Positions 48,401 through 61,112 of a stretch of 64,000 bases of DNA are shown here, piece by piece. Every line of letters begins with the position of its first letter. The first letter of the stretch is position 1. The stretch is from NCBI GenBank assembly GCA_051313645.2, contig JBNRSN020000015.1:105524001-105588000 (forward strand). The letters are read 5' to 3'. The position numbers were made by a program, and so were the translations under genes. The stretch is from Centroscyllium fabricii. Its lineage: Eukaryota. The notes beneath the pieces are model-generated. The model worked only from the letters and a program-made list of their open reading frames with translations, did not search any database and had not been told where the DNA came from.

Positions 48401-50144
48401 GGTGACGTCCGCGGTGTGGGACTGTGAAGCTAGGGAGACTTGGTAGTTGGTTGGCAGGACCTGCAGTCCGCAGCGCCGCACTGATTTGGGGTGAACGAAA
48501 CTCTCAGTGCTGCCTGTGTCGAAAAGGCAGTCGACAGTGCAGTCATTAATATTAATCGGCATCATGGAGTTAGACAGGGTATGAGGCCTGTCCTGGCTAA
48601 CTCTGATTCTGGTTGCCGCAGCCCCTGCTGATCGGGGCTGTGCACAAGATGGCGGCGCCCCTGGCTCGCACATGGTGGGGCCCTGGATACAAGATGGCGT
48701 CACCCCTGGCTCGCACATGGAGGTGCCCTGGATACAAAATGGCGTCGCCGAGGGGACGCACATGGTGGGGCCCTGTGAACGCGCTGGCGGCGCCCGTGAT
48801 TCGCACGCAGCAGACCGCGGTGATCGGGTTGGCGGTGCCCGTGATTCGCACGCAGCAGGCCGCGGTGGTCGGGTTGGCGGTGCCCGTGATTCGCACGCAG
48901 CCGGCCGCGTTGGGGGGTCGCGCTTGGCCGGCATTTGCCGCATCGGGGTGGGGGATGGGGGCGCTTGTTGTCTACCCCCGTACCGTCGCTGGATCGCGCT
49001 GCTATTGCAGCTTACCTGGTGTCTGTCGGTGCTTTCACAGGCTGCACTGTTGTACCTTGAGTTGGGCGCTGCTGGAGCTGATCTGCAGGCTTTAGCGTAG
49101 TGTCCCTTCTTAGCACATTTCTCGCAGGTCGCTGTCCTGGCTGGGTATTTCGCTCTTGGGTGCAGTCCCTGGCTACAGAAGTAGCAGCGTTTATCTTTAG
49201 TGGCCGTCGCAGCCATCGTGGGGGCCTCGGCCCATTGCTCCCAGGCCTGGGCCTGTTGTGGTACGGCCCATATGTTGTAGGCTTGCGGGTTAGTGCCGCT
49301 GTACGCCTGTAACTTGCTTCGGGCCCCCTCTACTGATTTGGCTATCTTAGTCGCCTCCTCGAGGGATAAATCGTCTTTCTCTAGTAGCCGCTGGTGGGCT
49401 TCCACACACCTCAGACCTATAACGTAAGCGTCCCGAACGAGGAGTTCTGCCTCCTCTTCAGCTGTTCTGACTTGGCAGCCACAGACTCGCACCAAGGCCA
49501 GGAGCGCTTGCTCGAACTCCTCATTGGACTCACCCGGTAGCTGAGATCTGGTCGCAAGCACATGTCGGGCGTAGACCGAATGGACCGGGCGCTCGTAGCA
49601 TTTTTTCAATATTCGTACGACCGCTGTGTAGGTTGAGGCGTTCCTGATGAGGGTGAATACCCTGCTGGAGATCCTCGACCGGAGGACCTGCAGCTTGTTC
49701 CTGTCCGATGTAGCCTTGGCGGCGTCCATGTAGGCCTCCAGGAGGCCGAACCAGTGTTCGTACGTGGTAGCAGCGGCAGTGTCCTGGGGACTGATGTCCA
49801 GCTTCTCAGGTTTAACTGCGCTGCTCTCCATTTAAAAATAATTAGCAATTAAAATTGACGTATCGTCAATACCTTCGATTAAAAGAGTCGACGAGTAGTT
49901 ACCGAAACTAAAGGCTTTTAATTGCTAAGAACGGAGCTACCCTCCGGAACGAACTTCTGTACAGGAATGAGGAGCCTCGGTCAGATCTCACCTATAACGG
50001 GGCCTCACCTGGGGGAGGAGTTGGAGGTGTGGCTGACCTGGCTCCCAACGGTGTCACAGTATACAGGGCTGTGCCTAACATCTGCACAGCCCATTATTAG
50101 CCATAATTATACAGTGGTAATGTTAACACAAAAGGGTTACCACA
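45426..50144 (-). mobile_element. Full-length Gypsy LTR retrotransposon, Mag-like, without a tRNA PBS
   Basis: 289-bp LTRs 45426-45714 and 49856-50144 (3 differences); TSD ACCCT/ACCCC; PPT AAGAAGGGGGTGAA; double Cys/His knuckle gag, DTGS, RT, RNase H, integrase. Confidence 0.95.
45770..49831 (-). pseudogene. gag-pol with one frameshift (about 48125) and one stop (47410)
   Basis: ORFs 48119-49831, 47410-48063, 45667-47286; RT motif YLDN; integrase H..H..CxxC, DFKGP, SDRG, ERENG. Confidence 0.93.
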
Positions 50145-50442
50145 ACCCCTAGTTGGCCTTAAGAGTCAACTGCATCATTTGGGTTTGGCAAGAGGATGTA
50201 GGGGTTGCAGAGGAATATTGATGAATCAGTTGAGTTTTTCTGACAATTCAACAGCTCTCATGGTCATTATTTTTCCTCTGGTGCTATCCCACAAATGACT
50301 AGATTTATTGTGTTCAATTTCACAACTTGACACGGTGGGATTTGAACTTAACACCTGTGTGTTTCTAAACTAGTACCATAACCATTGCCAGTGGAGCCCT
50401 GATCGGACATGATTCCCACTGACAGATGTGAACAACTCCCTT

Positions 50443-50880
50443 TGATTCAATTCAATTCAATTCAAGTTTTATTGTCATTGCAGTGTACTAGTACAATAGA
50501 ACGAGACGAAGACTCGACGCTCCCGAGAGTAGTGCAAATAAATTACATGCAAATTGCATACAGTAAAGTACATTATCAGGCGTGCAGGTACCGGAGTTTA
50601 TTTTTAGAGTTCAGGAGGCTGACAGCCCTGGGGAAGAAGCTGTTCTTAAATCTAGTCGTGCGGGTGCGAATTGATCTGTAGCATCTCCCGGAGGGCAGGG
50701 GGGCGAACAGACTGTGGCTGGGGTGTGTGGGGTCTTTAATAATGTTCAGAGACCTCCATAGGCAGCGTTTGAGGTAGATGCTTTCCATTGACGATAGCTG
50801 GGTACCGGTGATTCGTTGGGCAGTTTTGACTACCCGCTGCAGGGTTTTCCGGTCCGAGATGGTGCAATTTCCATACCAGG
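50443..50880 (-). mobile_element. Rex1/Babar LINE 3' fragment
   Basis: IIKDPTHPSHSLFAPLPSGR.YRSIRTRTTRFKNSFFP.AV.LLN; (TTGAA)n tail. Confidence 0.88.
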
Positions 50881-51099
50881 AATTTGGGGGCTCATATGAT
50901 CAAATGAATGAATTGTTAACTGGAAGTCCACCACAAAATAATTCATTTGAGTGTACAAACTGATTGTAGCCAACATACTCTTTAATAGAGAGTGCGTGAA
51001 CACAGATTTTTCCTCCTACATCTGATGTGAAAAATGTGCCGGATTGTATCAATGTTCAGGCTTCTTGGTTGAAAAGGGCCATTTCAAAAAAAAATCTGG

Positions 51100-51430
51100 T
51101 ACAGCACAGCCTCAGTACTGCAGTGGAATGTCAGCTGAGATTAGGTGCTACAGTCTCTGGAGTGGGGCTTGAACCCAATTGCAAGACACTACCTCTGACA
51201 ATATAAAGAAGGACTTGCATTTATATAGCGCCTTTCATGACCACTGGACACTTTACAGCCAGTGAAGTACTTTTTGAAGTGGAGTCACTGTCGTAATGTG
51301 GGATTTGAATTTAAGACTTGTGGGTTTCTAAACTCAACTCACTGCTGTACTGAAGTGCTGGCTCAGATTGTGCGCTCAAAGACCCACAACTGTCTGATCC
51401 AGAGGTGAGAATGCAACTATGAGCCACACA
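51100..51430 (-). mobile_element. SacSINE1-like fragments
   Basis: CCTCAGTACTGCAGTGG..CTGGAGTGGGGCTTGAACCC; GACTTGCATTTATATAGCGCCTTTCA tail. Confidence 0.65.
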
Positions 51431-52839
51431 GGCACTTACAAGCATGCTCAGAAAGCACTTATATAAAGGCTGCCCACGTGTGTGATGTTGTCTTCATCAT
51501 TAAAACGATTATTCCCCAGTTATTCATTTCAAAGAAGAATTTTACAGAGTTAAAAAAATAAGTACATGCATATTTTAAGCATATGGAGAATGAAACTGAA
51601 GTGCTCCTGATTCTTAATATATTCAAGTACTCCAAATGTGTTCTTACCTCATGTCTCCATTGTTTTTTTTTGGGTGTATCTCGTCTTTCAATATGATTTT
51701 ATCCCTTTGGCTTTTTCCAAAATATTTAAGTACTTCAAATCTTCAAATGTGTTTGTGTTAAACCAACCGGCGATGATTTAAATTCCTAAATACCATCAGA
51801 CATTCCCTTCATATTGCATACCCTTGTCGTGTAAATATAATGTATCATGGAATAAATTAGCACATTTCTGGCCAGACATACAATATTTTAAAAGTAATAT
51901 ATGATTGGAAAAGTATGATAGCTTGAACTTGAGCTTCTTTCATTAATTAATACCCCACTGTGTAGACTGCTGATTATTTATATTTCCAAATATGGCAGAA
52001 GAGTTTCATATCAGCATGGTACTGTCTACTTATAAAAATGTAAGCACGTCACAGGTATGTCAAGATGCCATACCAATGGTGATGCATATAATACCTAAAG
52101 CTAATGACTGAAGTTTTAATAAGGCAATGTCTGAGGCAACATGAGCAGTGAGACTAAATAGAATTCCTTAGCTCATTCACTACATATTCTATTAAAATGC
52201 CACTTGTTACAGTTTAATCCTCTGTAATACCATACCCTAAATATGGGAGATTACACACCGGAGGTTATTTCATTTAAAAGAATGTTACCTCAGTGAACTC
52301 CACTTGTTAACATGCCAGTAGTTTGACCAAATAGCTACCTACATTTTATTTCTGTAGAATTCAGAATTCATGTTAAAAATATTCATTCTCACCGGATACA
52401 TGGTTGACACAATCAAAGTAGCAAACAAACTAGTCTTAGATTGTTTAGCTTGATGCTTCCCCACTCTGGCATTTTACAGTCTAATCGAATACAACATGTT
52501 TGACTTCCATGTTTTCCTTTTTAAACAAAATCAATTTTGCTGCAGTCGAGAGAAACAGATAGAAATAAGAGATTGTAATCAATGAGAAAATCCAATGTAT
52601 TGGTCACACCTGCAGCTTTTCTGTCAGTAATCGGGGGCGATGGCGAAATCACAAACAACCTGGAGCATAAGTTGCATACGAAGGCTGCTGTGTCAGAAAC
52701 CTCTCCCTTAATTTGGCTCACTAGTTAGTAGCATTTGTTTTTCTAGGTCAGAAGGTTGCGGGTTCAAGCACCACTTCAGAAGCTGAGTGCATGATCGAAG
52801 CTAATATCTCAGTGCAGTACTGAGCGAATGGTATACATT

Positions 52840-53587
52840 GGCCCAGAAATTCGGGTCGAAGGCTTCCCGCGGGTTCAATCCTCCGACCTGCACTTAGCTA
52901 ACGCGCCAGCCATTGGGCTGTGGGCCCGCGTGGGATGCCGATCCTGGGCCTGCTCCAACTGCCGGCGTGCAGTGCTTGCATAACCCAGGAGCGAAGTTAG
53001 TTCGAAGCCTCCCCTGGGATCACGTGGGCCATGGAGAGCCAATGGTAGCAGGGAATCTGTATTCATAGATTTGACAGGAAGACCTGTCAAATCTATGAAT
53101 ACAATTCAGCCCCAAAACATTACTAAAGCTTCAAATAAAAAAAAATTAAATCACATTTTTAAAATAACTATAAATTACATAAAATAACTATTTTAAACAA
53201 TAATTTAAAATGTTGAAAAAATTAATTACAATTTCTAATGGGGCTAAAAATAAATTTATCTTTCTTTAAAGTATTTAAAAATAATAAACCTGTGGAAAAA
53301 ATATTTAACTTTAACTTAATTCGCCACTTACCTTGTTAAAAGCAGGCCTTGCAACTGCTTTTTACAAGCGTAGCTCCTGGCGACTTACCCTCCCAGAGAA
53401 CGGAAGTTCCAGGTGTAAGCGCTGCCTCTCCGGCGCACGTGTTTGACCTGTGAACCCCTTCCTTTAAGGGAACGGAAGTTCCGGTTTCCCGTGCATGCGC
53501 AGTGCATGCACAAAACCGGCACTTTCGTTGGGCCTATGCGTGACTACCCAACGCGTACTCACCCGTGGGGACCCGAAGTTCTGGCCC
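52840..53587. mobile_element. Harbinger-type MITE next to a DeuSINE head (52715-52839)
   Basis: TIRs GGCCCAGAAATTCGGGTC / GGGCCAGAACTTCGGGTC; flanks ATT/ATG. Confidence 0.85.
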
Positions 53588-53704
53588 ATGAGACGAGTGA
53601 CCAAACCTGTACACATTTGCTTGTAATCAATCTAACAATTTAACTTAGTTTACATAATCCTTAGGATGCATCTCTGGTAAATAAAGTTCTGCTAAAAACA
53701 TTAA

Positions 53705-54512
53705 GGGGGGGATTTTCCTCGGTCCGTGAGGGCGTCGATCCGGCGAGGCGAGGCCTAAAATCGCGGAACAGGGGGATCACGATCTCCCCCAACGGATTGC
53801 CGCCGGCTTGTAAGTTTTGGGCGACGTGTCCCACCGCCCCGAAACATTCCCTCCCGCCGCCGGCGGGGATGCTCGTTAAAGTAATTGAGGGCCCTTAATT
53901 GGTCTGCATAATCCCATTTTAAGGGCCCACACCTATTTTCCACCCCTTCCCACCCAAACCCCACCATCCTGAAACCCCGCTGGTGAAACACAGCAGGATC
54001 AGAGTGGTCTTGGTCACTTTCTCCTTCAAGGTATTGAAGGACCTACAGCAGAATGCTTTCCAGGCCTTCAATACCCTGGAGGTGTAAGTGACTCCCTTGG
54101 GTGAAGACCAGCTGTGGGAAAAAAACTTAAAAATCTTACCTTGCCAGCTCCATTAACGCTCCATTGACAGATGGTCCCTAGCTGTCAAAGATTTGCAGCC
54201 CACCCGTCCACCTGTCTGTCAATGCACTTGGCCTTTCCAATTGGTTGCACTCCACTGTGATGTCACAGTGGAGTGTTTCCATTGGAACTGTCAACAACCA
54301 GTCCCTGGAACTGTCTGTCAAGCTCCCCACAGCCCGCTGGAGCTCCCTGATTGCCAACTTGATTGAGGCAATTATCAGGGGCTCCCCGCACATGGGGATT
54401 TAATTGATCAATTTGTGCAAAATTGCATCGGGTTTCCAGGCACTTGGGCGGGACAGAAACCCAACCCGACCAATCCCCATCAGCTTCCCACACCTCCTGG
54501 GAATTCCCCCCC
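53705..54512 (-). mobile_element. Family B-related MITE (copy 3)
   Basis: G7ATTTTCC / GGAATTC7 termini; canonical PIF/Harbinger TSD TAA. Confidence 0.88.
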
Positions 54513-54639
54513 TAAGCATCAACTTCATGATTTGAATAGTAGAGGTGTTAACCAAACATGGCAAATATAGACTGCATTTGAAAGTGTTTTGCTTTGTTTG
54601 GCCTCATACAGAAGACATCACTTATATCTTCCATATAAT

Positions 54640-54890
54640 GCCATGAGAAAAGGGAGAGGCCGAGAGCAGAGTGGAAGAAAAGGGCGAGGCCGAGAGCAGA
54701 GCTGGTGAAAAGGGCGAGGCCGAGAGCAGAGCGGGTGAAAAGGGCGAGACCGAGACTGGAAAACCAGAAAAGGGCGAGACCGAGACTGGAACACTAGAAA
54801 GGTGCGAGGCCGAGAAAGCAGCAGGAGAAAAAGCTGAGGCTGAGAGCAAAGCACTAGAAAATGGCAAGGCCGAGAGCGGAGTGCGAGAAA
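54640..54890 (+). repeat. 30-bp purine-rich tandem repeat upstream of a CR1 ORF1
   Basis: About 8 units of GAAAAGGGCGAGGCCGAGAGCAGAGCNGGT. Confidence 0.9.
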
Positions 54891-55083
54891 TGGGTGGTTG
54901 ACATGGGAGAAAAATTGCAAAGTGACGTCACAGCACAAGTAGAGGCGGTGGGGGCAAGTTACAGGTAAATGTTTAATTTAAGCTACCTATAACTTAAACT
55001 AGATCAAGCAATTAGTTAAAAAATAAAAGCTAAGTTGAAACTTTCATTAATTAATTGATTAAACAAAGCAAAGTTAGATTGGA

Positions 55084-56170
55084 ATGGCGGTGCAGGTGGT
55101 GTACTGCAACTACAGTATATGGGAGCTTGTGGAGAGCATCTCAATCCTGGAGAACCACATCTGCAGTAAATGCCTGCATCTCAAGGAGCTTTAGCTCAGA
55201 GTTGTTGAGCTGGACTCTGAGGTGCAGACATTGCGGGGCATCAGGAATGGGGAGAGTTACCTGGACACTTTGATCCAGGAGGAAGTCACAGCCCTTAGGT
55301 TAGGTAGTGGTACAGGTCTGGTTTCTGGTCAGGGACAGGAGGGTGTTACTGCGACTCAGGCAAGTAAGAAGACCTCAGGTGCAGTGTTGTAGGAGCCTCG
55401 GTCTTTGCCCTTATCCAACAAGTACAAGGTTCTTGCTGCCTATGTGGATGAAGGCACCATTTGCAGGGTGGATGAGCAAACTGACCACTGGACCATGATA
55501 CAGGAGGCCATTCAAGTGGGGGGGAGTGACAGGTAATGTAGTTGTGGTAAGGGACAGTATAGTTAGGGGGAGAGATACTCTTCTCTGCAGCCACGACCGG
55601 GAGTTCCGAAGGTTGTGTTACCTGCCCAGTGCCAGGGTTAAGGACATCTCCCTGTGGCCGGAGAAAAACTTGAAGTGGGAGTGGGAGGATCCAGTTGTCG
55701 TGGCCCCCGTAGGAACCAACAACATAGGTAGAACTAGGAATGAGGTTCTGCTGAAAGAGTTTGAGGAGCTAGGGTCCAAATTAAAATGAAGAACCTCACA
55801 GGTAATAATCTGTGGATTGTTACTTGAGCCATGCGCAAATTGTCATAGGGACAAGCAGATTACAAGGTTAAATGCATGGCTGAAAGAGTGGTGTGGGTGG
55901 AAGAGGTTTTGATTCATGGGGCACTGGCACCAGTTCTGGGGAAAGTGGGAGCTTTTCCATTGGGACGGGCTCCTCCTAAACTGGGCTTAGACCAGCATCC
56001 TGGCAAATCAAATAACTAGGGCAGTAGATAGGGCTTTAAAGTAATGGAGGGGCAGGGCGGGTGGGTGGATTCAGGAAAGGATAAATTCAAAATCAGTAAG
56101 AGAAAAGTCAGGCTGTAGAGCAGAGTAGCAATTTGGGTCAGGAAAGGACAGAGAGCTGTTAGAAACTAGG
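55084..56170 (+). pseudogene. Decayed CR1 ORF1 (esterase) and ORF1/ORF2 junction
   Basis: VVVVRDSIVRG, LPSARVKD, VGTNN, DGLLLN. Confidence 0.85.
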
Positions 56171-56174
56171 GAGG

Positions 56175-56935
56175 GGGGGGGATTTTTCCAGAAGTGCGGG
56201 AACCTGGCGGGGATTGGTTGGGGCGGGTTCCTGCCCCGCCCGCCCAAAGACCTGGGAAACCCACGCAATTTTAATTTAATTGAGTAATTAAATCCCCGCG
56301 TGCGGCAGCCAATGGTAATTGACTCAATCGAGTCGGAGCTGTAGCCGGCTGCGAGGAGCTTGATTGACAGTTCCAGCACTGGTTGTTGACAATTCCCATG
56401 GAAACACTCCACTGTGACATCACAGTCAAGTGGAACCAATGGGAAAGGTCAAGTGCTGATGACTGACAGGTGGGCGGGCGGGCTCCGAATCCTTCACAGC
56501 TTGGCACCGGCTGTCAGGAAATGTGCAAGGCTGAGATTTCTCAGTTTTTGCCCATAGCTAGTGTATCCACCACGGAGTAACTTACTCCTCTAAGGTGCTG
56601 AAGGCATGCCAAGCATTTTGCAGCATGTCCTTCAACACCTTGAAGGAGAAAGTAATGAACAGCGGGGTTTTAGACTGGCGGGGTTAGGGTGGGAATGGGA
56701 TGAAAATTCGGAAGGGCCCTTAAAATGGCATTACACGTGCCAATTAAGGGCCCTTAATGAGGTGACAAACCATCCCCGCCGGCCACCGGCGGGAAGGTTT
56801 TGGGGCGGGGAGACAGGGCGGGGGAAAATGTCAAAGCGGCGGGGATCCAGCGGGGGGGTCGTGACCCGCCGGTTCCACGATTTTGACAGCCGACCCGCCG
56901 AAAACCCCGCCTCACGGGGACATGAAAATCCCCCC
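56175..56935 (+). mobile_element. Family B MITE (copy 4)
   Basis: Collinear with 24584-25392; GGGGGGATTTT / AAAATCCCCCC termini. Confidence 0.88.
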
Positions 56936-57294
56936 TTGGGGTGCCTAAAAATATAGATGGCTACATGAATAATACTTTTTTTAAATGAAAAGTTTTGTTT
57001 TCCTGGAAAGCTTACATTAGAATTTAAGACCGTCTTTTTAATCAGTTAGATTAGGTGAAACATAAACATTTCACACGGGGGCCCATAGGATGGTCCTGCC
57101 AGGCTAGTTATCCGTTGCTTGTAAGTTAGGGTTTTGACTTTGTTAATTTATCTTTAATTTGGCCAGTAAAGGCTTAACCTGTGTTTCCTCCATTATTACT
57201 AACAACCATATTATAATCTCCACAGATAACATTTGGAATATTGTTTCGCAGAACTGCTTGTGAAGATAATTAAAAGTTAATTAGGAAAAGACTA

Positions 57295-57657
57295 CAGGTT
57301 GAGCACCCTCAGGACCAGGCCATTGCCGGACCACTGAAGATTCCGGACCACTGACGGGCCGGGGGAGCACGCGGTAGAACACTCCCCGGGGTCTGAAGCG
57401 CGCGGTAGAACACACCCCGGGGCCCGGAGCGCACGGGTAGAACACTCCCCGGTAGGGAGCCTGGCGATAGAACACTTACAAAACCTAAAAAAACAGAAAC
57501 ACAAACACCCGACGCCTTCAGCGCTCGCTCACCCTTCGCGTGAAATGGTGGTGCCGCCGAGCGGCAGCTCCTCAAATTGAAGAGCGCCGGTTTCGATTCG
57601 TGCCGAACCACTGAAGCTGCCGGACCATCGGGTGCTGGATTACCAGTGCTCAACCTG
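57295..57657. mobile_element. Tc1/mariner (Tigger-like) MITE with internal tandem repeat
   Basis: Perfect TIR CAGGTTGAGCAC; TA TSD; four GGTAGAACAC(T/A)CCCCGG-type units. Confidence 0.9.
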
Positions 57658-58180
57658 TAGGAAGCTAAGTTTTTCATCTTAGAATGGGCCATTTGTTAGA
57701 TGAAGGTGAGATAACCCAAGCTGCTATGTATTTTTGAAAGGGAAAAAAAAGTATAAAGCAACAGCTACTGAACACTGGAAGCAGCACAAAACCATAATTC
57801 ATGGGAATATATAAGTGATCAGTGAAAAGTTCACAGCAGAAAAAGAGAGTAAATCAGGGACCTTACTTGTGAAGGTCAGAATGGTGAGATAGCGACTGGT
57901 TAATGTGCGACAGCTCTGGCTGGGGCCTTGTACTTGCTGGGTTAAGTAGGGAGAGAGTAAAAAGAGATAAGATGGATTCCAATGGAGGAACCTTAAAAAT
58001 GTAAAAACAAGAAATATAACTTGGATGAAGTAATGAGACCATCTTTTGGGGAGAGCTTTTGTCCAAACACCAAGACCAAGAACTTAAGCTGTCATTGGTT
58101 GATGAAGTTTTGGATGAACCTCTATAGGTTAAATGGTCTTGTCAAAAACTTGGCCTCAGGCCCACCCCAAAAAAGACAAT

Positions 58181-59038
58181 GGGCCAGAAATTCCAGTGTG
58201 CTGGTTTGTGCGGGTGCAAGGACCCTGCGGACACCTATAGCACCGCAACATCATCTCACTTTTTTTACGTCCAGACCTTCCTCTTGGCTCCGCCCTGTTC
58301 CTGCTCTGCGTGGCAATCCAGCCACGCTAGGAGCGCAGTATATGCGCTGCCGTCAATGCGTAGCAGTGATGCCCCGCCCACAGATCCCTAATTTTAAAAA
58401 AAACCGCCCCCTGCTTCACAGTCGGACTTCTTAGAGAGCAGGGACGTGAGGCCGTTATTAGGACCACGCCCACTGCTGCACCCACAGACTCGGCAGTGAG
58501 CACCGCGGCCAGAGCAGCTTTTCAATGTCGGTAAGTCTTAGCGATTTTTTCTCTTCGTTTTTAAATTAAGGAAAGAGTTAAAAATTTCTGAACTTTAAAT
58601 TTAAAAATAAGCGATTTGGAATAGGTATAACAATTGAAATTCGGATTTGTAAATTAAAAAAAAAAACTTTAACAGCAAAATTTAATGATAGCGATCTGGC
58701 CACATTACTCCAAAAAACTTAAAAAACTTAAAATTAAACGTGAAAATGTCCATTACCTGTGTTTAGGAACGCACTGCTCTCACCAACGCACAGGTTACGA
58801 CTCCTATTTTTTCGTGCAGCCCCAGGCCCAGTTGCCCACAGATTCACGCACAGAATCACACCCAAAAACATCGGGATGTTTGGGTACAATTCTTTTGTGC
58901 GTTCCATGCTGAGGCCTCTTCTCCCTCAGCATCGGAAAGCTCCGATCCATGGGCATGCCCCGTGTGATCATCGCACGGGGCATATTGGCCCCCCTCCATG
59001 CGGGTGCAGCTAGTCCCAGGCACCCGAATTTCTGGCCC
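58181..59038. mobile_element. Harbinger-type MITE
   Basis: Perfect 13-bp TIR GGGCCAGAAATTC; TSD AAT. Confidence 0.92.
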
Positions 59039-59662
59039 AATAAAAAGTGACACCCCAAGGGCTTGCACACAGACAGTGGAGAGGAGAGCCGAACAGAAGT
59101 TAAAAAGAAAAGTTGGGCTGGTCGAACGGTCTTCTGAGAGCGATCCCATGCTCACCAATGAAGACCCTAGAGAGAGAGAGAGAGAGGCCAGAAGCCAGAG
59201 AACTGTTCACGCATGCCAGCCGTCTGTCTGATCGGGTCCAGTACAAGCTGCTTGTCACGGTCGTATGTTTTGCTGTATCACCAGTGTGTTATATTCCGTC
59301 CTAAACTCTAAATAAACACAATATACCCACCATTTTGGTTTGCACTCGATCCTGTTTACCAGAGCTACATGAATCTCTGCAGAGCTTAACAAAGGTAATA
59401 GGGCATTAGGTGACATCAGGGAAATAGAAAAAAGTTAAAGCTAAAGGCACAGCAGCAGAATTTGCGGCCGGTATGACAGCATATACCCGGAGTGTGTCTT
59501 CATACAGCCTTTGAAATTGATCGCAAGTTCGGCAAGCAAGGGGGCACAGATTTAAAGTAATTGATCGGAGGTTTAGAGGCGATTTGAGGAGAAATGTTTT
59601 CACCCAGAGGGTGGTGGGGGGTCTGGAACTCACTGCCTGAAAGGGTGATAGGGGCAGAGTCC

Positions 59663-61112
59663 TGTGGTAAACCATTATTTCCTAATGCCATACCACTGTT
59701 GGGGCGGCACGGTGGCATAGTGGTTAGCACTGTTGCCTCACAGCGCCAGGGGCCTAGGTTCAAATCCAGCCTCGGGTGACTGTCTGTGTGGAGTTTGCAC
59801 ATTCTTCCCGTGCCTGCATGGGTTTCCTCCAGGTGCTCCGGTTTCCTCCCACAGTCCAAAGATGTGCGGGTTAGGTTGATTGGCCAGGATAAATTGACCC
59901 TTAGTGTTAGGGGGACTAAACATGTGGGGTTTCGGGGATAGGATGGGGTATGTGTCGGTGCAGGCTCGATGGGCCGAAATGGCCTCTATCTGCACTGTAG
60001 GGAATCTATGATTCTATGATTCCATGTTGTACTGCTGTACTGCTGTCTGTAAATACCTTACTGCTGCCTGTAAATACCTGTATACTGATACATACAGGAG
60101 CTTGCCCTGGCTGACCCCGCCTCTGACTCCACCTCCGGACTCATGTATATAGGTACTTGCTCACCCACCTCTGGTCAGTACACCACTGAGCTCAGCCGAG
60201 ACACGCTCCATTCTTTAGTGAATAAAAGCCGTATAGTTAAGGTTAAGTCTTTGGCCCTATTGATGGTACATCAATTTTATTCACAAAATTTTCGACAATG
60301 GAGCACTTACTAAAACCGGAACGCCTAGACCTCGACCCCCAGGCACCGAATGCATCGAATGACTTTGAGCACTGGCTCAGCTGCTTCGAAGCTTACCTGG
60401 AGCCGGTGACGCTGACAAATGAAAAATGCAGGTCTCCAGGGTAAGCGGCCGGGTGTACTCACTCATCAGGGACACCAAGATGTACAAAGATGCAATCCAG
60501 AAGCAGAAGGGCCAGTACCTACACCCGATCAACTTGGTGTAGGCCAGGTACCTACTGGCCGGTTGAGTCAAACGTGGAGTTCCTTTGGGCGCTCCAGACC
60601 CTCGTTCGGGCCTGCGACTGCACCGCAGTGACCGCCGAAGAGCACGCAGATTACCTGGTCCGAGATGCGTATGTGGCGGGGCTCAGGTCCAGCCAGGCCC
60701 GTCAGCGACTACTGGAGCAGGACAATCTCTCCCTTGACTCCGCCATCTCGCTGTCCAACGCTGTCTCGCAGTCGACGGGGCCCTCCGGAGCTTGGACTCG
60801 TACTCGGCAGGTAACCCCCATGCGGGCCATCTAATCCCTGTGCATCACAAACGCTTCTCCCAGCGCAGGCCCCAATGACGGCAGCGGCGGCTGCGACCCC
60901 GGTGAAGACTCCAGCAGGCCCCAGATGGTACTTCTGCGGCCAGGCGAAACACCAGCGACAGCTGTGCCCCGCGAGGAGTGCAACGTGCGCTAAGTGCGGA
61001 AAGAAGGGCCACTTCGCAAAAGGCTGTAAATCCGGCCCGGCCTCCAGACCCAACAGGCCTGCGAATCCAACGAAGCCATTCCGTGGCCACAGGTACGGTG
61101 CTGCAGTGTGAT
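59663..61112 (+). mobile_element. Truncated Mag-like Gypsy: 5' LTR 59663-60273 (containing a SINE) and decayed gag from ATG 60298
   Basis: TGTGGTAA start, AATAAA, CATCA end; MEHLLKPERLDLDP, VRDAYVAGL, CAKCGKKGHFAKGC homologous to the gag starting at 49831. Confidence 0.88.
59701..60020 (+). mobile_element. HE1-like V-SINE
   Basis: A/B boxes, V-domain, CR1-type tail. Confidence 0.93.

Noticed and set aside
52049-52401. Phase-consistent three-exon minus-strand micropeptide MYP|VAIWSNYWHVNKWSSLR|YYMHHHWYGILTYL
   Set aside because: The first intron would be only 54 nt with a poor pyrimidine tract; no recognisable homology
54618-54938. Repetitive ORFs (EKGEAESRAG)n
   Set aside because: Translation of the 30-bp tandem repeat in a CR1 5' region
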